A stretch of DNA of 64,000 nucleotides from positions 2,171 to 66,170 of the forward strand of contig JAPYNY010000066.1 of assembly GCA_028283145.1 (NCBI GenBank). Direction: 5' to 3'. Each line of letters starts with the position of its first letter. Position 1 is the stretch's first letter. Below are positions 55,033 through 64,000 of the stretch, piece by piece. Under the pieces are notes generated by a model that worked only from the letters and a program-made list of their open reading frames with translations, ran no database searches and had not been told where the DNA came from. Source of the stretch: Candidatus Hopanoidivorans cymbastelae. GTDB lineage: Bacteria > Actinomycetota > Acidimicrobiia > Acidimicrobiales > Hopanoidiivorantaceae. The position numbers and the translations under genes are program-made.

Positions 55033-55536
55033 TCAATTCAGTGGCATTTGCGTTGAGGCTGCTGATTGCTCAGGTGTTTGATATTCCAGCTTGAACCGCC
55101 CGACTTGAACGACATCGCCATTTTGCAGCTGGGCTGAATCTACTCGCTGCCGATTGACGTAAGTGCCGTTCAAAGATCCCACATCGCGCACTTCAAACCC
55201 GCTTTCGCTGATCATGACTTCAGCATGTCGGCGTGAAACTGTCAAGTCGCTCAAGAAAATATCACTTTCAGGATGGCGGCCAACGGTGGTGACAGCGTCC
55301 TTCAAGGTGAATACTACTCCCGCCTTGGCCCCTTCTTGGACAACTAGCCGCGCCGCCGGTGAAGGTTCGGCTGCCTCCGCGCCTATAGAGGTGTGGACTT
55401 GAGTCGGCTCTAGGGTCATGGGCACACCTGAATCTGCCAAATCGACACCGCAGGAAGCACAATAGGAGGATGCAGGAGAACTGATGTGGTCGCAGCGAGA
55501 GCAGCGCAGACTGCCGTCGCCTTGATCGTTACTCAT
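55033..55536 (-). CDS. FHA-domain protein (GarA/OdhI genomic position) with N-terminal zinc-ribbon
   Basis: CSRCDHISSPASSYCASCG, then the FHA core TTVGRHPESDIFLSDLTVSRRHAEV..GSLNGTYVN. Confidence 0.8.
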   Translation of the reverse strand: MSNDQGDGSLRCSRCDHISSPASSYCASCGVDLADSGVPMTLEPTQVHTSIGAEAAEPSPAARLVVQEGAKAGVVFTLKDAVTTVGRHPESDIFLSDLTVSRRHAEVMISESGFEVRDVGSLNGTYVNRQRVDSAQLQNGDVVQVGRFKLEYQTPEQSAASTQMPLN

Positions 55537-55590
55537 GGGGTTGCGCGGTTCACTGAAGTGGTAAGTCCTGTCGGCTGCCCTAAAATTCCG

Positions 55591-56004
55591 CTAGAGTCCC
55601 CCGAGGAATGCCCTGTATTCCTCAGCCGACAGCAAATTGTCCAGACCGCTTTGGTCGCTGAGCCGGATCTTGCATATCCAACCTTGTCCGTATGGGTCGC
55701 TGTTCATCAATTCTGGCGTTTCATCCAGCGTTGTGTTGATTTCCACTACTGTGCCTGAGACAGGGGTGAAAATGTCCGACACCGACTTGGTGGATTCCAC
55801 TTCACCCAGCGATTCAGTGGCCGCAACGGCTGCCTCTCGGGCTGGCAACTCTATAAAGACTATGTCGCCAAGAGCGTCCTGCGCATAGTCTGTAATGCCG
55901 ATTTCCACTGTTGCATCTCCCAGTGTGCGCACCCACTCATGATCCTTGGAGTATTTCAGGTCGTCCGGGACTTCAGTAGGCACAACTGACGTAGGTTCAG
56001 ACAT
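55591..56004 (-). CDS. gcvH: Glycine cleavage system H protein
   Basis: Lipoyl-lysine context GEVESTKSVSDIFTPVSG; 137 aa. Confidence 0.9.
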   Translation of the reverse strand: MSEPTSVVPTEVPDDLKYSKDHEWVRTLGDATVEIGITDYAQDALGDIVFIELPAREAAVAATESLGEVESTKSVSDIFTPVSGTVVEINTTLDETPELMNSDPYGQGWICKIRLSDQSGLDNLLSAEEYRAFLGGL

Positions 56005-56061
56005 GGATTTTACTATAGCACAATAGACAGACAGCCAGAAAGCTGATTTGGCGAGCGGCCG

Positions 56062-56745
56062 CTAATCTCTGGAGCGAATAGCTGCTTTAGCAAGCGGCAC
56101 ATAACCCAACATGGCGACATATGACACTGCCACCCCGACAATCCCGAAGACCCAGGCAACAGCCGACCAAGCTTGCTCCCCCGCCACGTCTGCGTTGCTC
56201 ATCAAATACAACGGGAAGGCAAACATCAAGATGAATGTTCCGGTTTTGCCTAGCCAGGTTACAGCAATTCTGCTGGCTCCCAAAGCGGCCAGGGTCAAGG
56301 TGGCTGCTGAAACACCCGCTTCGCGTGCCAGCGTCAACACGCAGATTACCAGCGGAGCCGATTGGTCAATCATCAGCGAGACAATGCCCACAAAAAACAA
56401 CAGCCTGTCTGCCACAGGGTCGATGACCTGCCCGATTTCTGAGTGCTGATTCAGTCGGCGGGCTGCCCAGCCATCCACCCAGTCAGTAGCCCCCAGAGCG
56501 CCTAGCAGAATGGCCGCAGCTGCTCTGTTTTCAACTCCAAACAACAACCAGCAAAAGACGGGTAAGCAAAGCACCCGTGCCAAAGTGATGAGGTTGGGCA
56601 CTGTCAGCACCTTTTTGGATGCCACTTGTGAGTCGGGTGGCAAAGGCTGGGGCTGGGCGGGCTGACCATGTGAGTCTGGCAAAGGCTGGGGCTGCGTGCT
56701 TGCCAGAGACTGCTGTTCAGGGAACTCAGAATTCATGTATTTCAA
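56062..56745 (-). CDS. pgsA: CDP-alcohol phosphatidyltransferase (PgsA-like)
   Basis: DWVDGWAARRLNQHSEIGQVIDPVADR matches D(x)2DG(x)2AR(x)8G(x)3D(x)3D. Confidence 0.8.
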   Translation of the reverse strand: MKYMNSEFPEQQSLASTQPQPLPDSHGQPAQPQPLPPDSQVASKKVLTVPNLITLARVLCLPVFCWLLFGVENRAAAAILLGALGATDWVDGWAARRLNQHSEIGQVIDPVADRLLFFVGIVSLMIDQSAPLVICVLTLAREAGVSAATLTLAALGASRIAVTWLGKTGTFILMFAFPLYLMSNADVAGEQAWSAVAWVFGIVGVAVSYVAMLGYVPLAKAAIRSRD

Positions 56746-56836
56746 AATTTAGCTTTGTGCCTTGCAACAATTATTGCAAGCAGGTTTGACATAAAAATAG
56801 AATTTCAATATTCTCACTTCCAAAAAGGGGCAGCAT

Positions 56837-57241
56837 ATGGCTACAGTTTTTACAAAAATCATTGAGGGCGAACTCCCAGGGCACTTCGTCTGGCAAGACG
56901 AGCACTGCGTTGCTTTCATGTCTATCAACCCGATTACCCAAGGACACACCCTGGTTGTCCCGCGTATGGAAGTTGACCACTGGATTGAACTTCCAGTTGA
57001 GTTGAACGCCCACCTGATGAAAGTCTCTCAGCGAATTGCGGCTGCCCAGCAGCAGGTTTTTCAGCCTGAAAGAATTGGACTGATTGTGGCAGGGTTTGAA
57101 GTGCCCCATGTGCATATTCATGTGCTGCCCGTCAACTCAATGGCTGATTTCTCCTTCGCTCGGGCCGCGGCCCATGTGGAACCGGCTGAACTGGCTACCG
57201 CCACTAAAGCTATCAAGGAAGCTTTGAGTTCAGATGCCTAG
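56837..57241 (+). CDS. HIT family protein
   Basis: Histidine triad VPHVHIHVLP. RBS-like aaaaagggg upstream. Confidence 0.85.
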   Translation: MATVFTKIIEGELPGHFVWQDEHCVAFMSINPITQGHTLVVPRMEVDHWIELPVELNAHLMKVSQRIAAAQQQVFQPERIGLIVAGFEVPHVHIHVLPVNSMADFSFARAAAHVEPAELATATKAIKEALSSDA

Positions 57242-57288
57242 CAACGAGTTCAGACCAACAACCCCGCCGCCACACCCGTCTCTCCGCT

Positions 57289-58350
57289 ATGCCCACACCC
57301 AATGCCATGCCCGCAGGAATTAACTCAACTCAAGTAACCCAGTGGTTTACGGAGAACATACCACAAGCTGCGCCTCCGCTGGTGTTTGAGCTGGTCCCCA
57401 GCGGCCACTCTAATTTGACCTACATTGTCTCAGATTCTGCCCAGCAAAACTTCGTTTTGCGCCGGCCACCTCTGGCGCAGGTGCTGGCAACAGCTCATGA
57501 TATGTCGCGAGAGTATCTCATTATCTCAGCCTTGGGCGCCACGGATATACCTGTTCCAGAAGCCTTGGGCCTGTGTGAGGATGAAACTGTGAATGAGCGG
57601 CCGTTTTATGTGATGGGTTTTGTGGAGGGAATGGTCCTGCGCAATCCTGAGTTGGCTATGGAACTGACTCCGCCAGCCCGAGCAGAGGCCAGTCGCAACA
57701 TGGCACGGATGTTGGCCCAACTTCATCTTTGCGACCCCGATGAGGTCGGACTGGGAGATCTAGGGCGCAGGGAAAACTACATCGCCCGCCAGCTTAGACG
57801 TTGGAAAGGCCAGTTGGAGCAATCTCAGACTACACAGCGTCAGCAGTTGTTTGAAGTTCATGCTCACCTGGAGCGGCACATCCCAACTCAGCTTTTCACC
57901 GGTATTGTGCATGGAGATTATCGTCTGGACAACTGCATAATTTCACCTTCAGGGCAAGTTTTGGCGGTCTTGGACTGGGAGCTCTGCGCCTTGGGAGATG
58001 TGCTGGCTGATGTAGCCATGCTGCTCATCTACTGGGCTGAACCTGGCGATGAATTCAAAGCTCTGGAAACCAGCCCGACCGTGGTGCCTGGTTTTGCTTC
58101 CAGGGTAGAAATGTTGGAAGCTTATGCTGAAGCTTTGGCTCAAACTGGACGGTCTTCCCAACAACTATCTTCTATTGACTATTATCTCGCCTTCGCTGCC
58201 TGGCGCCTAGCTTGCATTCTGGAGGGCGTCTATTCCCGCTATCTGATTGGCGCAATGGGGTCTAAGGAACTCCCCGGCGGCTCAGACAGCTTCAACACTC
58301 GCATTGAGAGGCTTATTTCCAAAGCCGTCGAATACTCCGAGGCTATTTGA
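57289..58350 (+). CDS. Phosphotransferase (APH/ChoK-like kinase fold, ACAD10/11 N-terminal type)
   Basis: Catalytic loop HGDYRLDN, then DWELCALGD. Confidence 0.75.
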   Translation: MPTPNAMPAGINSTQVTQWFTENIPQAAPPLVFELVPSGHSNLTYIVSDSAQQNFVLRRPPLAQVLATAHDMSREYLIISALGATDIPVPEALGLCEDETVNERPFYVMGFVEGMVLRNPELAMELTPPARAEASRNMARMLAQLHLCDPDEVGLGDLGRRENYIARQLRRWKGQLEQSQTTQRQQLFEVHAHLERHIPTQLFTGIVHGDYRLDNCIISPSGQVLAVLDWELCALGDVLADVAMLLIYWAEPGDEFKALETSPTVVPGFASRVEMLEAYAEALAQTGRSSQQLSSIDYYLAFAAWRLACILEGVYSRYLIGAMGSKELPGGSDSFNTRIERLISKAVEYSEAI

Positions 58351-58587
58351 TGGGTGATTACATGCTTGACTTGCCTTTTTTAGGGTCTGGATGTGGCAGA
58401 GAGGTTTTTGGGAATAGTGTCAGACCCATAGTGGTTCGTATGGTCTTGCAAAATGGAGTGTCAGCAACAAGCTGGCAAGGGAACTGGCATCACCCAGAAA
58501 TCCGGTTGACATATGACCCGTTGCATTCGCAAAGGGTTCAAACAAGACAACCCTGAGTTTTTGGTGGAATCATGGAAGTTGAAGAGA

Positions 58588-58884
58588 TCAGTATAGGAAG
58601 CAACGTAGCGCAGCAATTCTAACTTCTGCCAGCACTGGCGGTCTTGCAATTACCAGTCTGTTCGAGTCTAGATCATCTCCATGGTCTGGGTCGTTTGCCA
58701 GCACATCAATCGATACAGGCTCGCCGAGCGCGACAGAAGCGTTGTTGCCAACCGCGACGGGAGCCATGGTGTGGGTGGGATTGGGTTGTCGCCGGGGAGG
58801 TGTGTGCTGTCTACTGGAAGGTGAGTTGGCAGCCTGAATGCGCTCCCAGTCAGGTGTCTGCCCGCATTGAACTCGGCGCCTACC
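58588..58884 (-). pseudogene. Short remnant with a cadherin-like/Big-type VLANDxDxxxD motif
   Basis: A frame not listed in the track (59 aa from ATG 58767) reads MAPVAVGNNASVALGEPVSIDVLANDPDHGDDLDSNRLVIARPP. A second frame continues with RYVASYTDLFNFHDSTKNSG, which suggests a frameshifted fragment of an adhesin repeat. Confidence 0.3.
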
Positions 58885-60525
58885 CTAGCTGGTGTATTGA
58901 AACACCAAGGTATCGGCCTGGTTGAATTTCAGCTCATAGCCGCTTTGACGCAAGACCGTGGCAAACCGTTGAACTTCAAGCAACTGATCACCCCAAACGG
59001 GTGCCTGTTCGGTGTCTAGCAGTATCCAGTCAACTCCTATCATGGCCTCTTCGGCGGCTTCTCTAGCTTGTTCGCCAGTGGTGTCCAACTCAAACACTCC
59101 AACTCTTTCTGCCAACCTCGGCAAAAAAGACGGCGATGCTCTAACGACCGCACCATCAGGCACCAACTCGGCAGCAGCTAAACGGACTTCCTCCTGGGTC
59201 TGAGGCTCGGGCCACCGCCACGGAGAATTGTAAGGCGATGTTGCTGCATCGTTGATATAGAACACTGCTGCCGCCAGAGCCAAAGCAAAAATTACCTGCC
59301 GGTTTACCCTCACCCTTTCAACTAGCACCTGACCGCTTCGTTTCAAGGCGAACGCAGCTGCCACGAAGACAAAAGCCAGCACTGGAATATTTTGAGCTGC
59401 TTCGTTGAACTCATCGGATGGAACGTCAGCTGCCAGATACAGCACATAAAGAGGCACAGCCGGCAACAAGTATCGGTAAGCCACGAGAGGCAAGAACACC
59501 AAGGGAGCCAGCAACATTACCACCGCGGTGAAATTGCTTTGCGACCAAATATCTCGTAACAAGTCCGCAGGGTTGGTAAGCATGCCCCAAAATACCGACA
59601 ACGGATTGTCCGTTCCGTATTCGGAGAAGAACTGCGTATAGACATATTGCCCATCAGCCAGAGCCGGCTGGATAACCCAGACCACCAACAACAGCCAAGC
59701 CATCCCCACAGATGCCAGCCACCATCCCAGTTGCCTGCGCCCCTCGACCATCACGAAAATGCCATAGGCTGCAATGAGCAAACCGAGGTCTGCCCGGCTG
59801 AGCAGCACTACCACCACAAAAAACCAGAGCCAGATCAAATCGCTTTTTTTGAGCTTGCTCTGTTCCAGTGGCGTTACTGCCCACCAGCGTCTCCAGTTGG
59901 CAAACGGCACCTCGCTGGCTGAAATAGCTGTGGAAATGGGGCTCAGGTTGACTGATTCTAGTTGCGAACCAGGATGACGTCGGCCGAGCCGTGTGTGCAG
60001 CACCATAGCCAGAAGCGCCGGCAAAGCCAGTGACTCTGGGTGAAAACCTGCCAAATTCAAATTGTGCACCGCAGCTGAAATGCTGTAGGCAAAAGCCAAA
60101 ACGATGGAAGTTCCAACGCCTAGGGAAGTCTCGTTCCTAGCTATTTTCCAAAGTGGCACAAGACCTAGTGACAAAGCCAAAGCCTGCATGGTCAGCAGAG
60201 CTTGGGCCGTAGAAAAAATATTGGCCACAAGTGCCAGCGGGTAGATGATGAAGCTGGCTTGGGCTGCCAGATAGTTCTCCCCCAGCAAGGTGGATTCAGG
60301 TATATAACCCTCGTTTATGAGCCACGAGCTTTGAACTACAGACGCTAAATTGACACCGTGGTCAAACCCCCAAAATCTAGCCAGAGCCACCCATTCCAAA
60401 GCAGCGAATAATATGGCAGCCATCAGCCAGGGTATAACCCTGTCGGCACTTTTGGTGTCTAGGCGAGCTTGGACACGCAGTTGCTGGCGCTCCAACCAAG
60501 ACCGCCAATTATTGCTGGAGTTCAA
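58885..60525 (-). CDS. Polytopic membrane protein (DUF2079-like / GT-C-fold-like)
   Basis: 546 aa with more than 10 predicted TM segments followed by a C-terminal soluble domain. The family assignment is from memory and tentative. Confidence 0.5.
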   Translation of the reverse strand: MNSSNNWRSWLERQQLRVQARLDTKSADRVIPWLMAAILFAALEWVALARFWGFDHGVNLASVVQSSWLINEGYIPESTLLGENYLAAQASFIIYPLALVANIFSTAQALLTMQALALSLGLVPLWKIARNETSLGVGTSIVLAFAYSISAAVHNLNLAGFHPESLALPALLAMVLHTRLGRRHPGSQLESVNLSPISTAISASEVPFANWRRWWAVTPLEQSKLKKSDLIWLWFFVVVVLLSRADLGLLIAAYGIFVMVEGRRQLGWWLASVGMAWLLLVVWVIQPALADGQYVYTQFFSEYGTDNPLSVFWGMLTNPADLLRDIWSQSNFTAVVMLLAPLVFLPLVAYRYLLPAVPLYVLYLAADVPSDEFNEAAQNIPVLAFVFVAAAFALKRSGQVLVERVRVNRQVIFALALAAAVFYINDAATSPYNSPWRWPEPQTQEEVRLAAAELVPDGAVVRASPSFLPRLAERVGVFELDTTGEQAREAAEEAMIGVDWILLDTEQAPVWGDQLLEVQRFATVLRQSGYELKFNQADTLVFQYTS

Positions 60526-60657
60526 CTGCCTGGTCCTTTTGTAGGTGCGCTATCCGGAGGCAAGACGCTCGCACACTCGGCAACCATCCGGAAGGCGCAT
60601 CCTATACTGCAGGAATTCCTCCTATAGAGGCGTGGCTTCCTCAGCCACAAAAGGCTT

Positions 60658-61575
60658 TTAGCCCAGCATTGCTGCCAGTTGCTCTTCGGAAGGCGCGAAA
60701 TAGTAAGAACCAGAAGCTGGGTTGGAAAAGTTGGTCAGCTTATCACGTGGCTGTCCGTCTTGCCCGTACATGGCGCTCAAACGCTCACGGAAGGGAGCTT
60801 GCTCACGACAAAACGCCATGAAATAGAGACCTACCGTGCCATCATGGAAGGCGTAAGGAGTGGAGCGGCGAGCGATTTCATTGCGCTTTGGCTTAGTGGC
60901 GTCAGCCGTCTCGCCTTCGCGCAATTCTACGTGAGCTAGATGGGAATAGTCTTCCTGAATGTCCAAGCGGGTGCTGTCGGCTTTGGTGCGCCCGAATACT
61001 TTCTCCTGGTCTTCCACTGACATTTCATTCCAGCCATCCAAGTCGTGAACCCAGCGCTGCGCCAAAATGAAGCTGCCACCAGCACCTGGAGAGCCATCCG
61101 GCACAAGTGCCACAGCAGGCTCATCAGCTGGCTCAGGATTGCCGGTGCCGTCAATAAAGCCCGTCATATCCAGGGACTCTCCATAGATGAAAGTTGGCGT
61201 TTCACGGGCTACCGACATGTGCCCCTTCAAGGCTGTGCGCGCATCGTACTGTGCCTTCCAGACATCGTCTTTTTGAGGGCTGTTGAGCCAGAACAAAAGC
61301 TCTTCCTGAGTACCCTTGGCTTCACGGCCGCTGCCGTCATTTGAGTGCACGGTCTCAAACTTTTGAAAATCGCCGGGAACATCCCCGCCTAGGTCGGCCA
61401 ACAAGTCGGGGCCCAAACCCACTACCAAGTTGATGCCCTTGGCGTCGCAATCGGAACGCAACTGGGAAATGACGGAGCGAATCACCCCCAAGTCGGCGCC
61501 TGATTCCCGACTCAGGTGGACATACCATTGGTGTTGCCCCATTTCGTTGAATATGGCTGCTTGTGGTTTAGGCAT
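60658..61575 (-). CDS. Dyp-type peroxidase
   Basis: GFIDGTGNP (GxxDG motif) and FMAFC near the C-terminus. I moved the start to ATG 61575, preceded by AAGGAG at 5-nt spacing. Confidence 0.8.
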   Translation of the reverse strand: MPKPQAAIFNEMGQHQWYVHLSRESGADLGVIRSVISQLRSDCDAKGINLVVGLGPDLLADLGGDVPGDFQKFETVHSNDGSGREAKGTQEELLFWLNSPQKDDVWKAQYDARTALKGHMSVARETPTFIYGESLDMTGFIDGTGNPEPADEPAVALVPDGSPGAGGSFILAQRWVHDLDGWNEMSVEDQEKVFGRTKADSTRLDIQEDYSHLAHVELREGETADATKPKRNEIARRSTPYAFHDGTVGLYFMAFCREQAPFRERLSAMYGQDGQPRDKLTNFSNPASGSYYFAPSEEQLAAMLG

Positions 61576-61756
61576 TGTTGCTCCTTTGATTGATTTAGTT
61601 AGGTTGATTTGATATTTTGAAGTTTCCCCCATTCTAGTAGAGCGGACTGACATTTTCCCAATGCCGCCCCAGAAAAACCAGTTTGCAGCAACGGCTTGCT
61701 AAGTTGGCAATGACAGCTGGAATGCTGACAGACAGCACACCACAGACAGGAGGAAG

Positions 61757-64000
61757 ATGACTGCTGCGGGCAATGTAGCCGAGCCCAACTACAACCAAGT
61801 CTTGGCAGAGCAACTCAGTCGCCGGCTGCCACGCTGGACGGTCTCATCGCAAGCCACAGGCCTGCTTCAGAACTCCCAGCAGCAGCCCGACGTTTACGTG
61901 CAGCTGCCTAGCGGCTTGCCGGTCATATTGGAGTGCAAATACAACTCGCCCATCAGCAACGTGGCAGGAGTGGAAAAAGCTGCTCAGGGGCGTTTGGGTC
62001 AGGTTGCGCAAACGACCGGCCAGCAGGTAGAGCAGTCTGTAGCTGTGCTGTATCCGGAGCGCTTGAAGTCTGAAGCTGGCTCATTGGGGCAAGCTCTGGA
62101 GTCAGCGCAACTCAGCTATGCCGCTTTTTTGGGAACTCAGTCGGATTTTGTGAGGTTTCCAGAGTTGGGCTGGTTGGAAGGAAATTTGGATGACTTAGCC
62201 GATTTCATTGAGAATGTGGCTGTTTCTGAGCAAAAAATTCAAAGAGCCTTGGAACATTTTGCCAATTCGGTCAATGCAGCCGCCAATCGACTGACAAGCA
62301 TTCAGCCCTCGCCTGAAGCAACGTTGCGAAAACTTGGAAGGGTTCTGCATCAAGAACCTGGAGAACAAACCACTCGGATGGCGGTGGCTATCTTGTTGAA
62401 TGCTATGGTTTTCCACTCAACTGTGGCTGCCAACCACGCTGAGGTTGGCTCAATCAGCCAGCTTGCCGCCAAAGCCAGGCAAAAGGGCAGGTCTGTCTCC
62501 CAAAACGATGTCTTGGAAACCTGGGACTATATTTTAACCGACATTGACTATTGGCCGATTTTCGCCATCGCCAGAGATGTGCTTTGTTCAATTGACGATG
62601 AAACAGCTGCTGCCGCCATGCTGCAGTCTTTAGCTGAATCAGCTGAGCAACTGGCGCAACTCACAGCACAGACTGTCCAGGATTTGGCGGGACAGATTTT
62701 CGGAAGGCTGATCAGCGACAGGAAATTTCTAGCCACCTTCTACACTCTGCCCGCTTCGGCTGCTTTTTTGGCCGAACTGGCCATCAGCCGGCTGGATGTG
62801 GATTGGGATGCCGCCGATGCGGTCAGGTCTTTGAAAATTGCAGACTTTGCCTGTGGCACAGGTGCACTGCTTTCGGCTGCCTACCGACAAGTTGCCCAAC
62901 GGGCCAGAAGAAGAGGCATTGACGAAGTGTGGCTGCACAGAAAAATGATGGAAGAGATGCTCATCGGCACCGACATCATGCCTGCCGCGGTGCATATTAC
63001 AACGTCAATGCTTTCCTCGGTGCATCCAGAGATTGAATACACCAGCACGCGCACTCATGTGATGCCGTATGGCGCCCAGCCCGATGGGAGCATCAAGATC
63101 GGTTCGCTGCATCTCCTCAAGGCAGATGAGATGGACACTTTGTGGGGTGACGGCACTCGCGCGGTAACAGGTGAAGGGGAAGACACGACGGCGCATCTGT
63201 CGGTAGCACATGGCGAGGTGGATTTGGTGATAATGAATCCTCCATTCACCCGTTCAACCAAACACGATGCCGAGGCTGCTGGCGTTCCAGTGCCGTCTTT
63301 TGCCGGTTTTGGAACCAGCGAAGAAGAACAAAAGGAAATGGCAGCCATACTGAAGGAGCTCTATAGGAATGGAGCTGTCCGAAAGGCAGGGCATGGCAAC
63401 GCTGGGCTGGCCAGCAATTTCATCGACTTGGCTATTGCCAAAGCCAAGCCTGGAGGCGTCATTGCATTGGTTCTGCCAGCAACTTTTGCATCTGGCAATT
63501 CTTGGCGCAATGCGCGTGAACTGATAGCCAAAAAATGTGCTGATGTCTGTGTGATCAGTATCGCTGCTGATGGCACGGCTAAGCAGTCTTTTTCTGCCGA
63601 CACAGCTTTGGGCGAAGTTTTGGTCATAGCCACGCGCCGTGACGACAGCGAAACAGGTGACTCGCATTCAACTGAAAAATGGCGGTGGGTCAATCTTAGG
63701 AGCCGCCCGCAATCCCCAGCAGCAGCCACAGAAACAGCCAAGAGCATAAACGCAGCCACCGAAGGCGAGTTTTTGGTGGGCACGAGCAAAATAGGACTGG
63801 CCATTGAATCTCCGTTCGGCAACAGCTTGGAACAAATTGGAAGCTTTGACTTGGCTAGGTTGGCTTTACAGATTGAGCAGGAAAAGCATCTGAGGCTGGC
63901 TCTCCACCCTTCGGCGAAACAGGCTATGGTTGAGCTTTGCCCGCTGGGCAAAATCGGCGACAGTGGAACGTATCATCTGGATATCATCGGCAAATACACC
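61757..64000 (+). CDS. Type IIG/IIL-like restriction-modification enzyme (N-terminal PD-(D/E)XK nuclease + gamma-class N6-adenine DNA methyltransferase), 3' end outside the window
   Basis: Absent from the ORF track because it has no stop in the window. I translated it by hand from ATG 61757 (ggagga RBS at 61749-61754) with no in-frame stop through 64000 (748 codons). It carries PD45...E59-C-K61 (PDVYVQLPSGLPVILECKY), methyltransferase motif I DFACGTGALL (62843-62872) and motif IV NPPF (63236-63247). Confidence 0.75.
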   Translation, partial: MTAAGNVAEPNYNQVLAEQLSRRLPRWTVSSQATGLLQNSQQQPDVYVQLPSGLPVILECKYNSPISNVAGVEKAAQGRLGQVAQTTGQQVEQSVAVLYPERLKSEAGSLGQALESAQLSYAAFLGTQSDFVRFPELGWLEGNLDDLADFIENVAVSEQKIQRALEHFANSVNAAANRLTSIQPSPEATLRKLGRVLHQEPGEQTTRMAVAILLNAMVFHSTVAANHAEVGSISQLAAKARQKGRSVSQNDVLETWDYILTDIDYWPIFAIARDVLCSIDDETAAAAMLQSLAESAEQLAQLTAQTVQDLAGQIFGRLISDRKFLATFYTLPASAAFLAELAISRLDVDWDAADAVRSLKIADFACGTGALLSAAYRQVAQRARRRGIDEVWLHRKMMEEMLIGTDIMPAAVHITTSMLSSVHPEIEYTSTRTHVMPYGAQPDGSIKIGSLHLLKADEMDTLWGDGTRAVTGEGEDTTAHLSVAHGEVDLVIMNPPFTRSTKHDAEAAGVPVPSFAGFGTSEEEQKEMAAILKELYRNGAVRKAGHGNAGLASNFIDLAIAKAKPGGVIALVLPATFASGNSWRNARELIAKKCADVCVISIAADGTAKQSFSADTALGEVLVIATRRDDSETGDSHSTEKWRWVNLRSRPQSPAAATETAKSINAATEGEFLVGTSKIGLAIESPFGNSLEQIGSFDLARLALQIEQEKHLRLALHPSAKQAMVELCPLGKIGDSGTYHLDIIGKYT

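Noticed and set aside
52528-56061. Glycine riboswitch upstream of gcvT or gcvH.
   Set aside because: gcvT follows the MerR gene with a 2-nt gap. The 57-nt region upstream of gcvH is too short and lacks the conserved glycine-aptamer core that I would expect.

Overview
This 64 kb window is chromosomal DNA that looks actinobacterial, possibly from a marine Acidimicrobiia-like lineage; that placement is inference. Support comes from the pgsA-gcvH-FHA(garA position)-MerR-DUF151-MerR synteny known from Mycobacterium, a mycothiol-type DinB/MDMPI protein, and about 55-62% GC on lines I counted by hand.

Most of the window is housekeeping: recD2-like helicase, rsgA, proA, murJ, proB, obg, rapZ, uvrC, nadA, ribF, gcvT and gcvH. 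It also holds two large acyl-CoA/lipid catabolic clusters (acyl-CoA dehydrogenases, family III CoA-transferases, SDRs, crotonase, AMP-ligase) and a divergent znuA | znuCB-like metal uptake locus.

Four regions are not ordinary:
1. 49.0-51.4 kb: tandem Thr/Pro-rich lipoproteins. Their TlpA/ResA-like thioredoxin domains carry an in-frame TGA exactly where the first Cys of CxxC should be (WAPH-TGA-PTC). The frame stays open and conserved for 99 more codons in both copies, so they are candidate selenoproteins that the ORF track cuts in half.
2. 13.2-16.0 kb: a sharply AT-rich island (23-28% GC on counted lines against about 62% next door). It encodes four tightly packed co-directional genes: a mini RTX beta-roll protein with a G9 tract, and three Cys-rich membrane/lipoproteins built from two shuffled domains that I cannot assign to any family. 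The island lies just downstream of a MoxR-VWA pair and abuts a 5'-truncated gene fragment.
3. 61757 to the window end: a long open-ended ORF missing from the ORF track, with PD-(D/E)XK plus gamma-class N6-adenine methyltransferase motifs (type IIG/IIL-like restriction-modification enzyme). The orphan C-terminal fragment at 12433-13179 on the opposite strand might be its missing tail, split by an inversion.
4. 31.7-32.9 kb: tandem A24 prepilin-peptidase paralogs. The second has lost both catalytic Asp residues, and the pair shares a 99-bp identical 5' block that also cuts off the 5' end of the neighbouring amidohydrolase gene.

I recognised no rRNA, tRNA, CRISPR array, integrase or transposase. 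All family calls rest on motifs read by eye from the translations; no database search was possible.
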